Position numbers and translations under genes: made by a program. DNA of 63,453 bases, filler included, from Lenisia limosa (lineage: Eukaryota > Protista > Breviatea): NCBI GenBank assembly GCA_001655205.1. It is 18 parts of 18 records of this genome, joined end to end, with 100 filler letters (N's around TTAATTAATTAA, not from the genome) between each part and the next. Parts side by side here need not be neighbours in the genome. Positions count along the whole stretch, not along the records: positions 12,145 to 13,728 come from LPNZ01007646.1; positions 13,829 to 15,887 come from LPNZ01008935.1; positions 15,988 to 25,341 come from LPNZ01009221.1; positions 25,442 to 29,565 come from LPNZ01010031.1; 14 more parts are not named here. One strand, written 5' to 3'. The notes beneath the pieces were generated by a model. That model was not told where the DNA came from. It saw nothing but the letters and a program-made list of their open reading frames with translations, and did not search any database. Below, one piece after another: positions 12,754-25,508 of this stretch. Positions within the stretch are counted from its first letter, which is position 1, and each line of letters opens with the position of its first letter.

Positions 12754-15700
12754 GTCAGTTTTGCTTTGCGGGGGGTGGGGTGGGGTTATACTAAATGAGA
12801 AATGATAAAGTAGATGTTGAAAAACAGTTTTATTTTGTCTATATGTGGCCAAAATGAGATGAAACTTGAAGGGAAGTGGTATAACACTATTTGAACATTT
12901 GATTGTTCCAATATTGGGCTGAATAAAACGGGTTCAACCCCTTGAGAGAGTATAGGAGCTATGATTTAATGGGATTACGCTTCGAAGTGATAGTGTATTA
13001 ACTCACTTCTACCTGAAGGGCAATAATGGGAATAAGTAACCATGAGATTAATTAACATCTAAGTGAAGAGTTATCAAATTCTAATATCTTAGTGAAGAAC
13101 TATCATAGGATTAATTCTAACATCTTAGAGAGTTTACAACATTGAGGACGCTCAACTGTCCGCTGAGTGCCAGAACATTGCAACTGCTATCGTATGGGGG
13201 CATGTCTTTTTTGAACAAGAGAAATAAAAAATCTCGGGAAACAAATAAATACATAGGGATACCATAAAAAGGCTGATTTTCTTGATATATATCCAAGATA
13301 AATATCGATATTGTATCCTTTTTCTAGGGTTATGACAAGAAAAATAGCACACCCTCCTTCATTTCGATTCGAATACACAGTTGAAAGTTTATGAAATCAC
13401 TTAGTTGTTATATATGTGGTTATTGTGATTTCCCCCAGTTAAGACTGATTGAAACCTCCATCAACTCAAGCACCACTTATTTCAGGTACGACATTGGGTT
13501 ATCTTTTCTTGCTTTATCTTTTGGGGTTTTTAATAGCAAGAAAATACAGAAATATAATCACATACATTTACATGGATACAAGAAAAGGGCATTGGGAACC
13601 ATAAAACAAAATCACCTACATAAGGCTCATTCCTAACACAGAGTTGTAGGGAAAATGATTGGGTGAATTATTATATTGTAGTCCGAGATCTCTGAGGCTT
13701 GTTTTCATTTCTCATCTCAATGTTGCATNNNNNNNNNNNNNNNNNNNNNNNNNNNNNNNNNNNNNNNNNNNNTTAATTAATTAANNNNNNNNNNNNNNNN
13801 NNNNNNNNNNNNNNNNNNNNNNNNNNNNTAGTATTGTGCTTTTCCCCTTTTCAATTAGCCATGCTATGTTGACTAATACTACACTTGTATCATCTCTAGT
13901 CTACAGCGACCGGGATAAGCATTGACCGATTTGCTCAGGAAAACCGGTCAAGACTGATCCCGGTCACACTAGATCATAATCTACGTTTCAATATAGATAA
14001 AATCAATGCCGTCCAAGGTTGTTCTATTATCTGATCCTTAAGGTGGTTCGGTTCTAGCGCGATTATTGGACTTGGTTCTCCTCCCTGCTAAACAAGTTAG
14101 GGGGGGGGGGGGCTTTCACACTCCTNNNNNNNNNNNNNNNNNNNNNNNNNNNNNNNNNNNNNNNNNNNNNNNNNNNNNNNNNNNNNNNNNNNNCACCAAA
14201 ATAGTACTGTAAATACATGGTTGGAGCGACTATCCCGCAAGATGAGGCGTTTTCTGGATAGGCACGGTTTCTAGGTTTCCTTTTCATTTCTTGTTTTTAA
14301 AGTATGTTATTTATTAGTAGGGTTCAAACGGGGTTGAGTCCTGAGCCCCGCTCCCCCTCCTCTCAATTGCTTCATGCAAAAAATAAAGGGGGGGGGGGGA
14401 AGAAATTNNNNNNNNNNNNNNNNNNNNNNNNNNNNNNNNNNNNNNNNNNNNNNNNNNNNNNNNNNNNNNNNNNNNNNNNNNNNNTCCTTTTTTAATGAAC
14501 CAGAGATGGATTATAGTGTAATATTGTTATTCACCAAATCATTTGTCTCACATCCCTGTTGCGCACACGGCTCAATTGGCCTTTCGACACAATAAATGAA
14601 TAATAATAAGAAGAATACATAATACGAAAATAATACGAATAGAACGCGACCAAATATGTGGTTTCTTTGTAGCTATGAGTGCAGGACTGCAGTGCTACTT
14701 GCGTATGAGCTGACGTGTTGTATCACCCCGGATCCAACTTCCATAACAACACTAATCTAGGGGGGGGGGGGGNNNNNNNNNNNNNNNNNNNNNNNNNNNN
14801 NNNNNNNNNNNNNNNNNNNNNNNNNNNNNNNNNNNNNNNNNNNNNNNNNNNNNNNNNNNNNNNNNNNNNNNNNNNNNNNNNNNNNNNNNTTTGATAAAAA
14901 CAAAACAAGGTAAAAATGTTACGTGAAGTCTATTGGACTTCTTTGCGAAGGGAGCAATATGACTGTCTACTAAATATAAAACACTTGAGCGAACCTGTCC
15001 CTTTGTATACGAAGATTGGCACGTGATATCGCCATCAGCATTGTCAGCGAAGCCAAATAGCGTGTTGTCCTTACATCCTAAGAAAATGTGAAAATAATCT
15101 GGTAAACGAAATGATGAGTGGTACCCACATGTAGCATCATATCATATGTCCGTTTATACACCTTTAAAAATAAAACATACTATCATCATACAGCGTGATG
15201 ATATGTTATTCTATTGGTAAAATATCGCTACTTTGTTAAAAAATGTATCGAGAATTCAGTCTTTTTTTAACGAATGAAGTCCTTATTATCTCTTATACGG
15301 ACGACGATGGTTTGGTACTGTTGTCGATATCTTGTTATCATTACAGCCTAAATCCACCTCCCAAACTCCACAATTCTTCACTAAACAAACAAACGTTACC
15401 CCCCCCCCCCCCNNNNNNNNNNNNNNNNNNNNNNNNNNNNNNNNNNNNNNNNNNNNNNNNNNNNNNNNNNNNNNNNNNNNNNNNNNNNNNNNNNNNNNNN
15501 NNNNNNNNCTGGGGGTGAGAAGAGCAATTTGGGGAGGAATAAAAAGGATCGAGAGGTGAAATCCGTGAAACACAGAACAATTAAACTGAACTCCCGGCCG
15601 ACTTGCTAACGATTTTTCCAGCGTCACACTTAGCGTTGATAGTACTGGCGATGTTGACCTTGAATGTGAGGGACTAATGCATTGTTGGGGAAAATACTAT

Positions 15701-15988
15701 GAAGCATGGTTAATACTGCTAGATATTCTGCTGTATATCAAGCATATATGTACATGTCTGTAATACAAGACGATTGGGTACATTGGAACGTAATCAGAAG
15801 AGGCTATTACTATTGGTGGACGTGCATGTATTATATTCATGTTGTTTACATGGTATGTAGAGGTCTCACTCACCCCCCCCCCCCAATNNNNNNNNNNNNN
15901 NNNNNNNNNNNNNNNNNNNNNNNNNNNNNNNTTAATTAATTAANNNNNNNNNNNNNNNNNNNNNNNNNNNNNNNNNNNNNNNNNNNNC

Positions 15989-16990
15989 GAGTGAATTAAC
16001 GTGATGTCAGTGGTGGGTGGGGGGGAGGGGGGGAGAATGACGGTACCATTCTTGTTGAGGGCCTTAATGGAGCCATCAATAACCTTAGAATGCCCATTGG
16101 TACTGGGCCAGTTGCGAGTGTGGCGGGAGAAGGGGACATTGGGGTCAATGCAGAGGTCGGCGCCGTATTTCAGGATGGCTCTGACCACTTCAAAATACTG
16201 GAAATTGCAAGGGACAGTTCATTTAGGAAAAGGTCCATGCTGATACATTCTTCACATACTGTATATTGATATGTAAATATATAATACCCACATACTTCTT
16301 CTTGTTTGACGAGATGAGGGCCAGATCCGGGGCGGTCGCGAAGAAGGAACTGGTCTCGCGAGAGTAGTCAACGGAGGGTGTCTATCTTGTTGGCGGCCTG
16401 GGAGACGAAGCCTTCCTCGATAAGTGCTCCGATGGCGGAGATGTTGGCGTCACCGAGGGTGGGAGCCTGACTTATGGCGCAGAAGATGGTGGACAGGACC
16501 TGCTGGATGTGGAGAGACTCTATGTCCGGGAGGATTTTGTTGATAATCCTGTGTGGGTGAGTTTGTTTCACAAAAAATTTAGAAAAATTGAGGGAAATCC
16601 ATACATCTGAGAAAACATACTTTTCTGATTGGAATCTTATCATGCACTTTAATCAAATATTTGATACCTTACAGTAACATACCTCAGGATAGGCTGGGTA
16701 ACCTCGTTGGCACGCTTCAGCTCAGCCAAAACGCAAGTGAGAAGCTGTGTCTCAGAGGATGAAGTGTCCGAGGACTTGTACAGTTCACCAAAGACTTCAC
16801 TAAGTTGTTCTGAAAGGTGAGAATGATTCGGCATATCGGGTACAATGCTTGAAACAACATCTCCCAGTCTTAATCTGACAACATTTCTTGAAAAGTGCCA
16901 AGGCGAAGTCGCTATCGAGGAGGTGGGAGCAGGAGGTTGCTGTTGCTGAAAGAGACTCGGCTCCCTTCTCTACGCGTTCTAAACCAATGT
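15989..16990 (-). pseudogene. Multi-exon coding remnant with an internal TGA
   Basis: Exon-like blocks with splice sites; the frame runs through TGA 16368-16370 (IDTLR*LLSRDQF..KQEE|YFEVVRAILKYGADL). The upstream part has a paralog at 41560-41870. Confidence 0.45.
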
Positions 16991-17421
16991 GAGAACATAT
17001 GTAAATTGGCATTGTATCACTTCTCTTGGAAGCAGGTAACCTCTTTTCTAATTACATCATTATAAATGTCACATGACCAGAATCAAGAGGGTTTTATAAA
17101 GAATTATGATAGAATATGGTCAGTTGACCATTTCATGCATAGCCATTTTTTGTTGTTCTTTGTTGGTGGGTGCCATTTTCTCCCCCCTTAGTTCGTAATA
17201 AGGAGGAAATGAGACATTGACACCCGAGGTTGTTTGTTCAATATTTGTTGTTCCATATCGCGAATAAAAGCGATGTAAACCACACTTTTGCAGTGTTATT
17301 GATAGTCAAGTGCTCAAAACTGCTGAATTTCACACAAAAAAAATGTGTTATTGAAGCGATTTATGTCGATTTTTGGCTTGTTTGCGGTTTTAATCATGTT
17401 CGCGGTTCTAACACCTAGTAC

Positions 17422-20400
17422 ATTCAACTAGGTGTGTATATATATTACATTATATTGTGTTTTTTGTGAAAAGCAAATTAGGTTAAAATCCAAGGGCTTG
17501 CGCTCTCCCCAACACAAAGTTCCATCCATATCCACCTTAAATACTGGTTTTTGTTCATTACTTGTCACCTGAGACAATTTACCAAGTAAGGTTACTTTGT
17601 AAACGACCAAACAGCGTTCGAAATAGTAACATTTTGAAGTTTGAAAAGAATTCAATAAACGGAACCATTTCATAGTCCACACTTTTTAAGTAGTGATGAG
17701 AGTATTGAAGCATATGATGATGGGAAGGAAAGCTAAGATTGTTACACAATTTGTATTTTGAGTTCAAGAAAAGTGAAAAGTATAAACGGTCTTTTCGTTC
17801 TCTACAACTTGGGCAGGGGCTCTTCTCATTCACCAGTCCACTCTACAAGTGGACTGGTGTTGCAAGTCTGTGGAGACTTCAGTCGCCACCTGTTTTAATG
17901 TTGAGCCTCTTACTCGTACTCAAGGTTCGCAAAGAGCTTGGGTCACTTGACTTTTCTTCTTCACACGTTTGATATGCTCTTCTATTTTCTTAATTCTGTA
18001 GTCTTTTCAAAGTGCAATATGTGGCTGATCTTCTGGATGTTCTCAAGGAATAACAAGGCAAACAAGACTAATAACTTGGATTGAAGTACTCTTCGGAACC
18101 AGCTGCCCACCTCTTCTAGTGTATGGGTAGTTATAGAAATTTAAAGAAAAGCTGCTGCTTAAATTTGTTCCCGACTTTTGAGAAGTCATATTTTGCGTTG
18201 TTCCTACAGAGAGAAGAAAATGGCTGCACAGCAGAAATAAATGTTCATAAACCCCAATTTCTCATACAAAATCGATACAAAAATTCACTTCAATTCATTC
18301 TAAAACCCCTTTCATGTTGCTCCCCAAAAGACAGGTCTTCATCAATTGAGGAGGAAGTTGAGAGCAAGTGCCTGAAATCATTATTAATCGCTTTTATTTT
18401 GTTAAGTGCCAAGCACACATTATATAAAGGGGAGGATCAACAGAGGGAGAAAAAAACAGAGATCTCAAAAAAAAGAACGGAGACTTATTGTCTTTGAGGA
18501 GAGTGAAAGAGGAACCCAGTAACTGTTAGAATGCTCTTGAGAAGATCCTTTAAAAGCTCCATTCAATCATCCTCAAAAGAAACACTCTGAATGTTAAGGC
18601 TGAGAGCAGGGGATTTCAACCAGCCAAAAAGAAGATCGAAAGCAATAAAACAACATGAATCGTTACTCCACCTAGAACTCGAGTTGTTAACAAGGACACT
18701 TCCTTCTTGAAGTAGGGTTATATTTTAATGGTCTTATTTCAATAGGTACACCTCCTTTGATCTTCGTGAGAAGGTTGTCACCCCATCTCGTGGATTTGAT
18801 GAGAAGAAGAAGGATCCTGCTCTCGAGAACTCCCTTCCATGCTGCTCAGTAGGGTTTACCAATCGTGTTTCTCATTAAAAAATCAGTCTTAGTTAAATGC
18901 TTGCTGCATCTTCGTCAAAGACGTGGACCCCAAGACCTTCAACAGCCACAGGAATGATATCTTCGAGACTATGCTCAAAGTTTGAATGATATTGATGTGT
19001 AAGATTACTACTATCTGTAAAAACACATTTTACTGATGTACAGGTCTACAACAACCTCCAGAAGACTCGAGTCCTTGACCCCCTCAAGGGTTAAACTGTG
19101 AAGGTGTCCATTGACTATCTTGGTCACAGGTTTGCCTATATTGAACAGTGTTCCACTTTTTTGAAAATAAAATAAATGCAGCACTATGAGTGGAATTCCA
19201 CTGAAGCACTGTCTTTTAGATCCACGACAACTCTTCCGTTCGTAAGTACTTTTAGGAGGTCTTCGCCGGTGAGGCTGAAATTGCGGAGTGCCTCTGTCTT
19301 CTGCATGGGGCCCGGTCATTCGGCAAGTGCTGCCAGGGTTCAATCAAGGGGCTGAATTCAGGAAAGGTAGGAGGGTAATGAGGATATTTTGTTTTGATTG
19401 GAGGGGTATGAGGAGATTTAAAATTGGGGGGGGGGGGNNNNNNNNNNNNNNNNNNNNNNNNNNNNNNNNNNNNNNNNNNNNNNNNNNNNNNNNNNNNNNN
19501 NNNNNNNNNNNNNNNNNNNNNNNGTATTGTTACTCTTCTCAATAACTTATAATAGATCTCTATGTTTACCATCGCCGAGATGAACTCAAACTTATCCGAT
19601 TCCGACTCCGACTTTGAGGATGAGGAGATTGTCAACCCTGCTGACATTGAGGCCCCGTCATTGTCGACATGGACAAGTGCGAGGAGGACGTTAGCTTTCT
19701 GCCGTGTCACAGGAAGCATGAAGAGAAGAGCGTAGGGTAAAAGTTTATGGTATCTTTTTTTTTTGTTTCAATTTCTCTGTTTATGAGAAGGATAATAAGC
19801 TTTCTTGTATATTATACAAAAACACTTCTGATATACTCCACAACAGGACTTGCCCACAATTCCAAAGAACTCGACAGCTAGGTAGCGATTGGCAACGAAA
19901 CGTTTCTCAGCTGGGATCTAGACGTGGTTGTAGGACATCAGGTCCTCGCGGTTCTGGAACCAATCCTAAAGTAGTGAGACACGGAACTCATAGAAAGGGA
20001 AGTGCTGTTTTTCAATTTGAATCCCGTAAATAGAGAGATAGCTTAAACATATTCATCAATGTACTATAGAAGGAGTGGAAGAACTCTTGCGACACAAACA
20101 GAGAACTCCAATATGAACAGGAAACTACAAGCCATACCAGCTTCGGAGTCAATGTTGACATCCAGGCCAATGGTCCTCCAGACATCCTCTTCATTGGTTT
20201 TGTACAGCCCAGTGAAGGAATCGTAAGAAATTTCCTCTTGGAGGCGAGGGTTCTCTCTGAAAAACTCCGTCATAGATAGCTTCCCTCCACTAAAATATAC
20301 TATTTTCATTTTAAACAGTTAAAAATGAATTTAAACAAAACAAAAAACAACTTTTTATGCTCTCTGGGTCCAGTCTTCTCTTGAGTGTCAGTATTTTTCT

Positions 20401-20483
20401 GGGCCTCTTCCGCTCAAAATATTAAAATTGCTTTTGGTTAAAATCCAAGGCTTGCGCTTTCCCCTGGACACACCTAGTTGAAT
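17422..20483. mobile_element. Putative ~3.06 kb element with 16-bp terminal inverted repeats
   Basis: ATTCAACTAGGTGTGT (17422-17437) and ACACACCTAGTTGAAT (20468-20483) are exact reverse complements. A ~30-bp subterminal direct repeat lies at 17481-17510 and 20436-20464. No TSD seen. Confidence 0.45.
17579..20309 (-). pseudogene. Decayed multi-exon gene inside the TIR element
   Basis: Protein-like frames interrupted by stops at 19918 (TAG), 19316 (TGA), 18563 (TGA), 17879 (TGA) and 17843 (TAG); contains NNSSSRWSNDSCCFIAFDLLF and CPSC. Confidence 0.55.
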
Positions 20484-20625
20484 AAGACATTTTCAGATCA
20501 GATTGTGTTAATAATGCTAAAAATNNNNNNNNNNCACCTAGTTGAATAAGACATTTTCAGATCAGATTGTGTTAATAATGCTAAAAATAAATCTTCGAAG
20601 TCTATAATCGTCAGAGAATAAGCCC

Positions 20626-21031
20626 TTGGAGGTTAAAATGTTAGGGTGGTCAACCTCCAAAATGGTACCGACAGCTCCCAGCCAGAGATTCCCGATTTTC
20701 CTTTGAAGAAAACATGAATTTACTAAAGCTTAGGTTCAATTTTAGCTTTATTATAAATGAGCTAGGTAAAACGATTATTATCTTCTTTTACAAGATCTCA
20801 CTCAGTCATTACTATAATAGCCTCTATCAAAGTCTGACAGTTTTGCAGTTATTAATGGTATTGTTTGATGTGGCATGAGCTAAAGAAAACAGCATACATA
20901 TATTAATTACATAAATAGAGAGCAGCTAGATGTTTTCTAGAATATTTTTATGGCTAGGAGTTGGCGCTATCTTCACTAACTCAAAAATGAAACCCATTCA
21001 AACCTGACCACCCCGACATTTTAACCTCCAA
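20626..21031. mobile_element. MITE-like ~0.4 kb AT-rich element
   Basis: 27-bp inverted repeats with 2 mismatches at 20626-20652 and 21005-21031; no ORF between them. Confidence 0.45.
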
Positions 21032-22908
21032 GATCAGCTTCTTCAACTATCGTATAAATTTTCGAACCTGTCATTCGTCTTCCAGACCACTTCTGAGTAT
21101 CATTTTGTGTTTCCTTTAGAGCTAAAAAAGGGTAATTTCCTGCATAGCGTCTTCCCTGGGACTTTTATTGGTGAATTTTGAATGATTTTCGGAGCTTTGA
21201 GAACACACATTATATTGTTTTGACGTTTTTAAAAGGTTATTTCTGAGGGGAAACCCCGGATGTATTCGAATTACATAACACTAGCGTGCAGTTATTATAT
21301 ACCCGAAATGTTTACAGTTGTAGGCTTGGCAAAATATGGCAAATGAACTTCGTGAATTAAATGATATGATTGTTAAAATTGCTAAACTTACAATACAGAG
21401 CCAATAAAGTAAACTTTCTTATTTACTCTTCAGGGTATGACCTCCCCTATTTTTGTGGTTTGTAGTTTATATACAATCTCACACTGTGAACAAAGTGGTT
21501 ACATGGAGATTTGGCTGCTTTCCTTTTAAAAAGCGAGAGCATTAGTTTTTGAGCAAGAAGCGGAAAACCATCGGCCGTCCTTCATACTCAATGTCTGTAC
21601 ACTTTTTGAGAGCAAGAATACAATAGTTAAAACCGCGAACAAAAAAGGCGATTTTTCTTTCAATTTTTGACCCAAAACGCTCCTTATTTACCCCTCTTTT
21701 GCATTGTTTGCAAATTATCGCCTGAAACACTCCTTTATACAGTGTTTTATTCAAAAGCATAGACAGGAGTATCAATATATACATACAAAATAGCACCTTC
21801 ATGACACTTCAATAGTTCATGCAAAATATATTAAAAACATGGATTATGGGGCTAAAATCGTCCTTGTGATAATGCAAAGACGTTCTTGCACCTACAATTT
21901 TGAGTTTCCCCACTCTTGAGCAACCTAGAGTCATAATAGTAGAGAAAACGAGAGAGATTGGGCAAAAATGAGCGTAAATTAATCAAAAATGGGCGAAAAT
22001 ATGATAGGAACGGTAAATGGGTTACTGCAGCATCATAGATATTTGAATAAACTTTTGTGCCGGTTTTTTCAAGAATTTTCCTTGTTCAGTCTATATGGAC
22101 GAAATAGACGTCTGATTATTGAAATTACTGTTACAAAGTTTTTCAAATATCTCAAAACCACTACATTTTCTTCTCCAAAAATGGACTTCATTTTCGAATT
22201 CTCCTTAAAAATCTGCGTTGGGGCACTTTAATAGGCTCAAAATGCTATTATTCTGAAAGAGGGGATTTTCAAAACAACATTTGGCGTAAAGGAAACTGTG
22301 TGACCCCGGCCGGGTTCGTGTCGATTTTTGACTTGTTCGCAATTTTAATCATGGCTTTGGACTCATGAAATATAACCAAGAGAAACAACAATGGGATAAC
22401 AAATTACCATGCCGCCGCGCCGCCACGCTCATATATATCAATAAGAATCAAATTACAAGTCAGGCAGAATCAACAGTGGATAAGATACACTTTGCCTCCA
22501 GAAGGAATCGCTGTATCATACTCCACTCAGTTGGTAAAGTTGTGAAGGCCTGTAGCAACGAGCTGAATATCTAATATCATGTAAGAGGAAAACAATAATA
22601 GGTCTCAAAATTATGTGAAGTGTATGTACTTCGTAAACAAGTAGGACTGTATGTTGGTATGACAGGGCTTATCTCAAGTCGTCATTACCTAAACTCTGAG
22701 TAACCAGGTTTCACCTTTCTTTTAGAAAACAGATATTTACAACAACCTCATCTTGTTTCTTGAAGACAGCTGGAAAACAGCTTCCTGTTTCAAGCCATTA
22801 TGATAACCTGAAAAATTCTCTGGAACCAAAAATATGAAAAACATATTTCCATCGGTTTTTGATGCTCCACTTATAGGGTAATTTCTCTGGGGGAAGGAAA
22901 TCAAATAA

Positions 22909-23020
22909 CAGTGGAAAACTGAGATATCAGAGGAAAGAAATTGAGATAAAAGTGGAAAACTCCTAAGACATCTGAGGGAAGGAAATCAAATAAAAGGGGG
23001 AAACTCCTGAGATATCTTCC
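22909..23020. repeat. Degenerate tandem repeat, ~3 copies of a ~40-45 bp unit
   Basis: Recurrent GGAAGGAAATCAAATAA..GGAAAACT..GAGATATC. Confidence 0.55.
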
Positions 23021-23489
23021 CCCTCTCCCACCCGTTGATAGTAAGTCAACAACCATTCTCATACCCCAATCAAACAACTGTCTCATCATACCCCTCTCTC
23101 ACCCAACTCAAAGAACATTCTCATCACCCTGTCCCACTCAAGAACAAACTCCCCCCCCCCCNNNNNNNNNNNNNNNNNNNNNNNNNNNNNNNNNNNNNNN
23201 NNNNNNNNNNNNNNNNNNNNNNNNNNNNNNNNNNNNNNNNNNNNNNNNNNNNNNNNNNCGCGCGCAATAGAAAAAATCCTTTATCAACTAAGGTACTTTG
23301 ATGGCTATGACAATATATAAAAAAAACCAATAGAGAACACATAGAAGGTAACTATCTAAGCTCCCCAGACGCAAAATTCTTAAACTCCTGAGATATTTGG
23401 ATAAATTGTTGAAAACAAGCCAGAAGAAGCAAAATTGGTAATAAAACCTAGTGCCTATGCAAGCATTTTCTAAAGCTTCCATTCAAAAG

Positions 23490-23665
23490 GGAGCATCTCC
23501 TGAGGCTTCATTCCGGGGTAGTAAGAAACTGCAGCCAGACAGTGAGCGCAGATTCAGCCAGCCTCCCCAAAATTCTTCAAGAAACCATCCTTCCACAAAC
23601 TGTTATCGAAGTAATACTAATGAGAGCATCTCTTGAGGCTTCATTCCTGGGTAGTAAGAAACTGA
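23490..23665. repeat. ~41-bp direct repeat pair
   Basis: GAGCATCTC(C/T)TGAGGCTTCATTCC(G/T)GGGTAGTAAGAAACTG at ~23490 and ~23624. Confidence 0.7.
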
Positions 23666-24649
23666 GGTCACAAAACACAAAGAGGTGGAGAATCTTTAAG
23701 TAAATAGGGGAAAGAAACTCGTGGAGACATTGTCAAAAAAGGAAACAAAGAATGAGAGGCCTACCACAAGCCGTTAACGAAGGTAGGTTGGAGATCAGCG
23801 AAGTATGAAGTGTGAAAATGGCGGTTTAAACGGGAAGGAAGGCTGGGAGAGAAGGCAAAGTAGGACTTGAAATGGCAGTTGGAGGCTAAGTTATGGTAAG
23901 TTCAGGCTAGAGAGGTCTACGCAGAGGCGAGTAAAAATTGCGGAAATGATTGAGTGGAAAGTTGGAGGAAAATCGGTATTTCCAGCTCTGAAATGGTTTT
24001 GGCTGCGTTTTAGAGGGGTAAATCAGGGGTGGAAAGAGGGTTCTAGCCTTGGGATTTTTTAATGAAAAGCGCGAATTTTGAGTGTTGCTGCATGACTCCA
24101 TAAAGATATTTCCAAAAAGTTGTAAGGAATGGGTAAAGCTTGGTAGGAATAATCGTTAAACACAGTAAAAAAGAGAGGGTGCTCAATTTTCTTATCACAT
24201 TCAATTTCAAACCGTTAATTTTTTTCCTGCTGCTCTCAGCTCACGTTTCGTCTTTCTTATCGTTAATATTAAAGTAAAATGTGGAAAACTATTATCTTAC
24301 GCTGGAGTTGTCATAGAAAGAGCTGTTTTTCGAGGTTTCCTTCATTGTTTCAATCCCAATCTTGAAATGGACAATTGCTGTCCTATTTCTTGCGAATACC
24401 GTGGTCTTTTCCACTGCTTTTAGACTTGAGAAGTCGCTCTTCCCAGTAGGCCGGGTCATGGGGGGCAATGGCTTNNNNNNNNNNNNNNNNNNNNNNNNNN
24501 NNNNNNNNNNNNNNNNNNNNNNNNNNNNNNNNNNNNNNNNNNNNNNNNNNNNNNNNNNNNNNNNNNNNNNNNNNNNNNNNNNNNNNNNNNNNNNNNNNNN
24601 NNNNNNNNNNNNNNNNNNNNNNNNNNNNNNNNNNNNNNNNNNNCGGGGG

Positions 24650-25341
24650 TGAGGGAAAAGCACCAGTAGGGTCGGGGAAATGGGCGACAAGTGTCAGTGG
24701 TTTACTCTTAATGCTGGGGGATGGAAGCTGCGTGACATCAATTCCAGAGTTCTTGAAAGCTTTAAGTGTTTGTCGGCTCAGCAGCTTGATTGTAGGCCTT
24801 AAGGGTGGATAAGAGCACAAGACACCTCAGGAGAGCAGCACTCAAGACTCCTTCTACAACCTGAGGGGACTTCTTCAATAGAGATGTGAGAGTACTGTGG
24901 AGAACAGCCTTGAAGATGGCGACAGTAATGCGGTCAAGAGACTGTGTGACTTGGGATGTGTGGGAAGGGAGGAGGTAGAGGTCAATGTTGTGAGCTTTAA
25001 GGAGAGCAAGAGCAAGGGCACAGTACCGGGATGAGTGGCCATCTGTGATGAGAAGGGCGCGGGCAGTAGGAGGCAGGCCTAGTTCTTGACGATGAGCTTC
25101 AATTGCAGGTATGTAGTATTGACCGATGTACTCCAAAAAAGTATCACACGTCTATAATGGTAAGAACTAAAAGGGAATATATTTGCGTTTAACTCGACCC
25201 CATTGACCTATTTATGTCACTGTGAATGGCAATTTCCATCCGTTGTGAGCATGAATCGACGATCCACCATAGCGGGAGAGAATCTCAGACTCTTCGCGAA
25301 TAGTCTTCTGGTTGAGAACTGGAACCGGTTTGATGGGTTTA
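24650..25341 (-). mobile_element. Degenerate pogo/Tigger-like (DDE_1) transposase fragment
   Basis: AHNGW..TCDTFLEYIGQYYIP..LLITDGHSSRY..HNIDLYLLPSHTSQVTQSLD..IFK, then a frameshift to KAFKNSGI; truncated by the scaffold end. Confidence 0.8.
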
Positions 25342-25508
25342 NNNNNNNNNNNNNNNNNNNNNNNNNNNNNNNNNNNNNNNNNNNNTTAATTAATTAANNN
25401 NNNNNNNNNNNNNNNNNNNNNNNNNNNNNNNNNNNNNNNNNCCCCCCCCCCCCCTCCCCCACATTATATGATTTATGTCACTTTTTGAACTCCACATTTA
25501 CTCACCAG

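Noticed and set aside
16368-16370. Genome-wide stop-codon reassignment or selenocysteine
   Set aside because: The Rab and COG4 exons I translated use TGG for Trp and have no internal stops, complete genes end in TGA, TAA or TAG, and no SECIS or redox motif is seen. Kept only as a low-probability check.
18860-18910. GC-AG intron
   Set aside because: It lies in a decayed gene, so a mutated GT donor is equally likely.
20471-20588. 54-bp direct repeat
   Set aside because: Exact duplicate on both sides of a 10-N gap, typical of an unmerged contig overlap.
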